Assembly: GCA_951406725.2 (NCBI GenBank)
Contig: OX597827.1
Span: 32,302,001 to 32,366,000 of the forward strand
Length of the DNA: 64,000 bases
Source: Octopus vulgaris
Lineage: Eukaryota
Direction of reading: 5' to 3'
Below the pieces are notes generated by a model, which worked only from the letters and a program-made list of their open reading frames with translations, was not told the origin of the DNA and ran no database searches. The first letter of the stretch is position 1; the number at the start of each line of letters is the position of its first letter. Position numbers and translations under genes: made by a program. This document shows positions 62,757 through 64,000 of the stretch, one piece after another.

Positions 62757-64000
62757 TGTATGTTTGTATGCGTGTCTGTGCGTGCATGTATGTGTATGTG
62801 TGTGTGTGTGTGTGTGGTTTGGTTGATAACACGTGCTGCCAAGCGGTTCTGCAAAGGAGACTAATAAAATATGTGTCGGGCGTTAAATAAATGTCTACGT
62901 GTCAATTTTTTCAGCGTTAACAATGAATGTGATAAGATCCTTTTGCCTATTATTACAGTAATTAATATTAATATTATCTTGATGGTATTTGATACGACTC
63001 CCACTGTTCTCTGGTATTTTCACACTAATTTCCTCAGGAGTATAACGGATCTTTTCAATAGATTTGTTTCTGGCTAAAATTGTATTCTAATATTCTACAC
63101 CCTGAGAGTGCAAAAAGCCTAGGTATTCTAGATGAAATACTCCTAATTGCAGATTTAAGTACTGCTCTGGAATAGTTGGAATTTTTATTGGTGTATTGTA
63201 AAGTTTTATTAGATTTATACTTTTAATTATTCAGATAGCGAATACCAATCAAGGCCTGTTGCAAATAACATCTTTCTATCTGATATAAATGGTGACAACA
63301 ATAGTGTGTCTTCTCATAGTACTAACAATAACACGAATAAAATTAATTAGATCTCTTTTGAGACGTAATTATTAATTAGGTTTCTTCAGCATCCAAATTC
63401 AAACATAGATTTCAGTACCGTATACAATGCTTTAAGTATAAAAGAAAGGAATACAGCCCCTCACTGGCTAGATTCAACTGGGACTTCATGAAGAAAAATA
63501 TCAATTACTCAAATTATGGTTAATTATATGTAGAGTACTTCTATACAAATGGAGTAAGGCAGCTGTAATTTGTGCTAAGTTGAAGTATTGAAAATTCTCA
63601 TATGTCGGTTTAATTTGATTAGTAAGCATAATGGTTTCTTGAACCGTTTAATAAATAAATATTTAATAAAACCTTAACAATTTCCACATAAAAATTCCAC
63701 TCAACTGACTTACTAGATTAAGATTGTATTAATGGTAGTGTTTTTCCCCTTTTAATTCTCTCAATCTCCGCACAAAATATTTTTTATGTAAGCAACGACT
63801 CGTTCATTTCTTAAACTAATGTATCTAATTTAATTTTAATGTTAGATTAGTTTTAATTTAATTAGAGATGACCCAATATTCTAAATTGGAATACTTGATA
63901 GCACGCAGATTTTTTTCTGTACCTTTGTTCTAACACCACGTTTTTCTTTTAGTTCCTGTCAAGTCTCAGCCCAATATTAATAATTTTCTTTTTAACACAA

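Overview
Eukaryotic, AT-rich DNA crowded with microsatellites and containing no recognisable host protein-coding exon. The SINE families, LINE spectrum and (AT)n/(TATG)n/(TAGA)n density point to an octopus (coleoid cephalopod) intron or intergenic region; this is inference. Nearly all non-satellite sequence is mobile DNA: five Penelope-like element (PLE) remnants of Naiad and Neptune type, two CR1/L2-group LINEs (one with a 915-aa APE-RT ORF), a Tx1/L1 cluster, Dong/R4 restriction-endonuclease LINEs in (TAA)n, RTE fragments, a decayed mariner, Helitrons, piggyBac and hAT MITEs, many tRNA-derived SINEs and several foldback palindromes. The most notable signal, read by eye, is a set of type I hammerhead ribozyme (HHR) motifs. 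They lie downstream of three PLE ORFs and inside two palindromes that carry one ribozyme on each strand; several have unusually long stem II arms. Other leads: an unclassified foldback family with four members, a LINE ORF1 remnant with Myb/SANT-like and CCCH-like motifs, and a Helitron carrying a captured L1/Tx1 ORF1 fragment. Most listed ORFs are microsatellite artefacts. All structure and family calls were made by eye and need computational confirmation.
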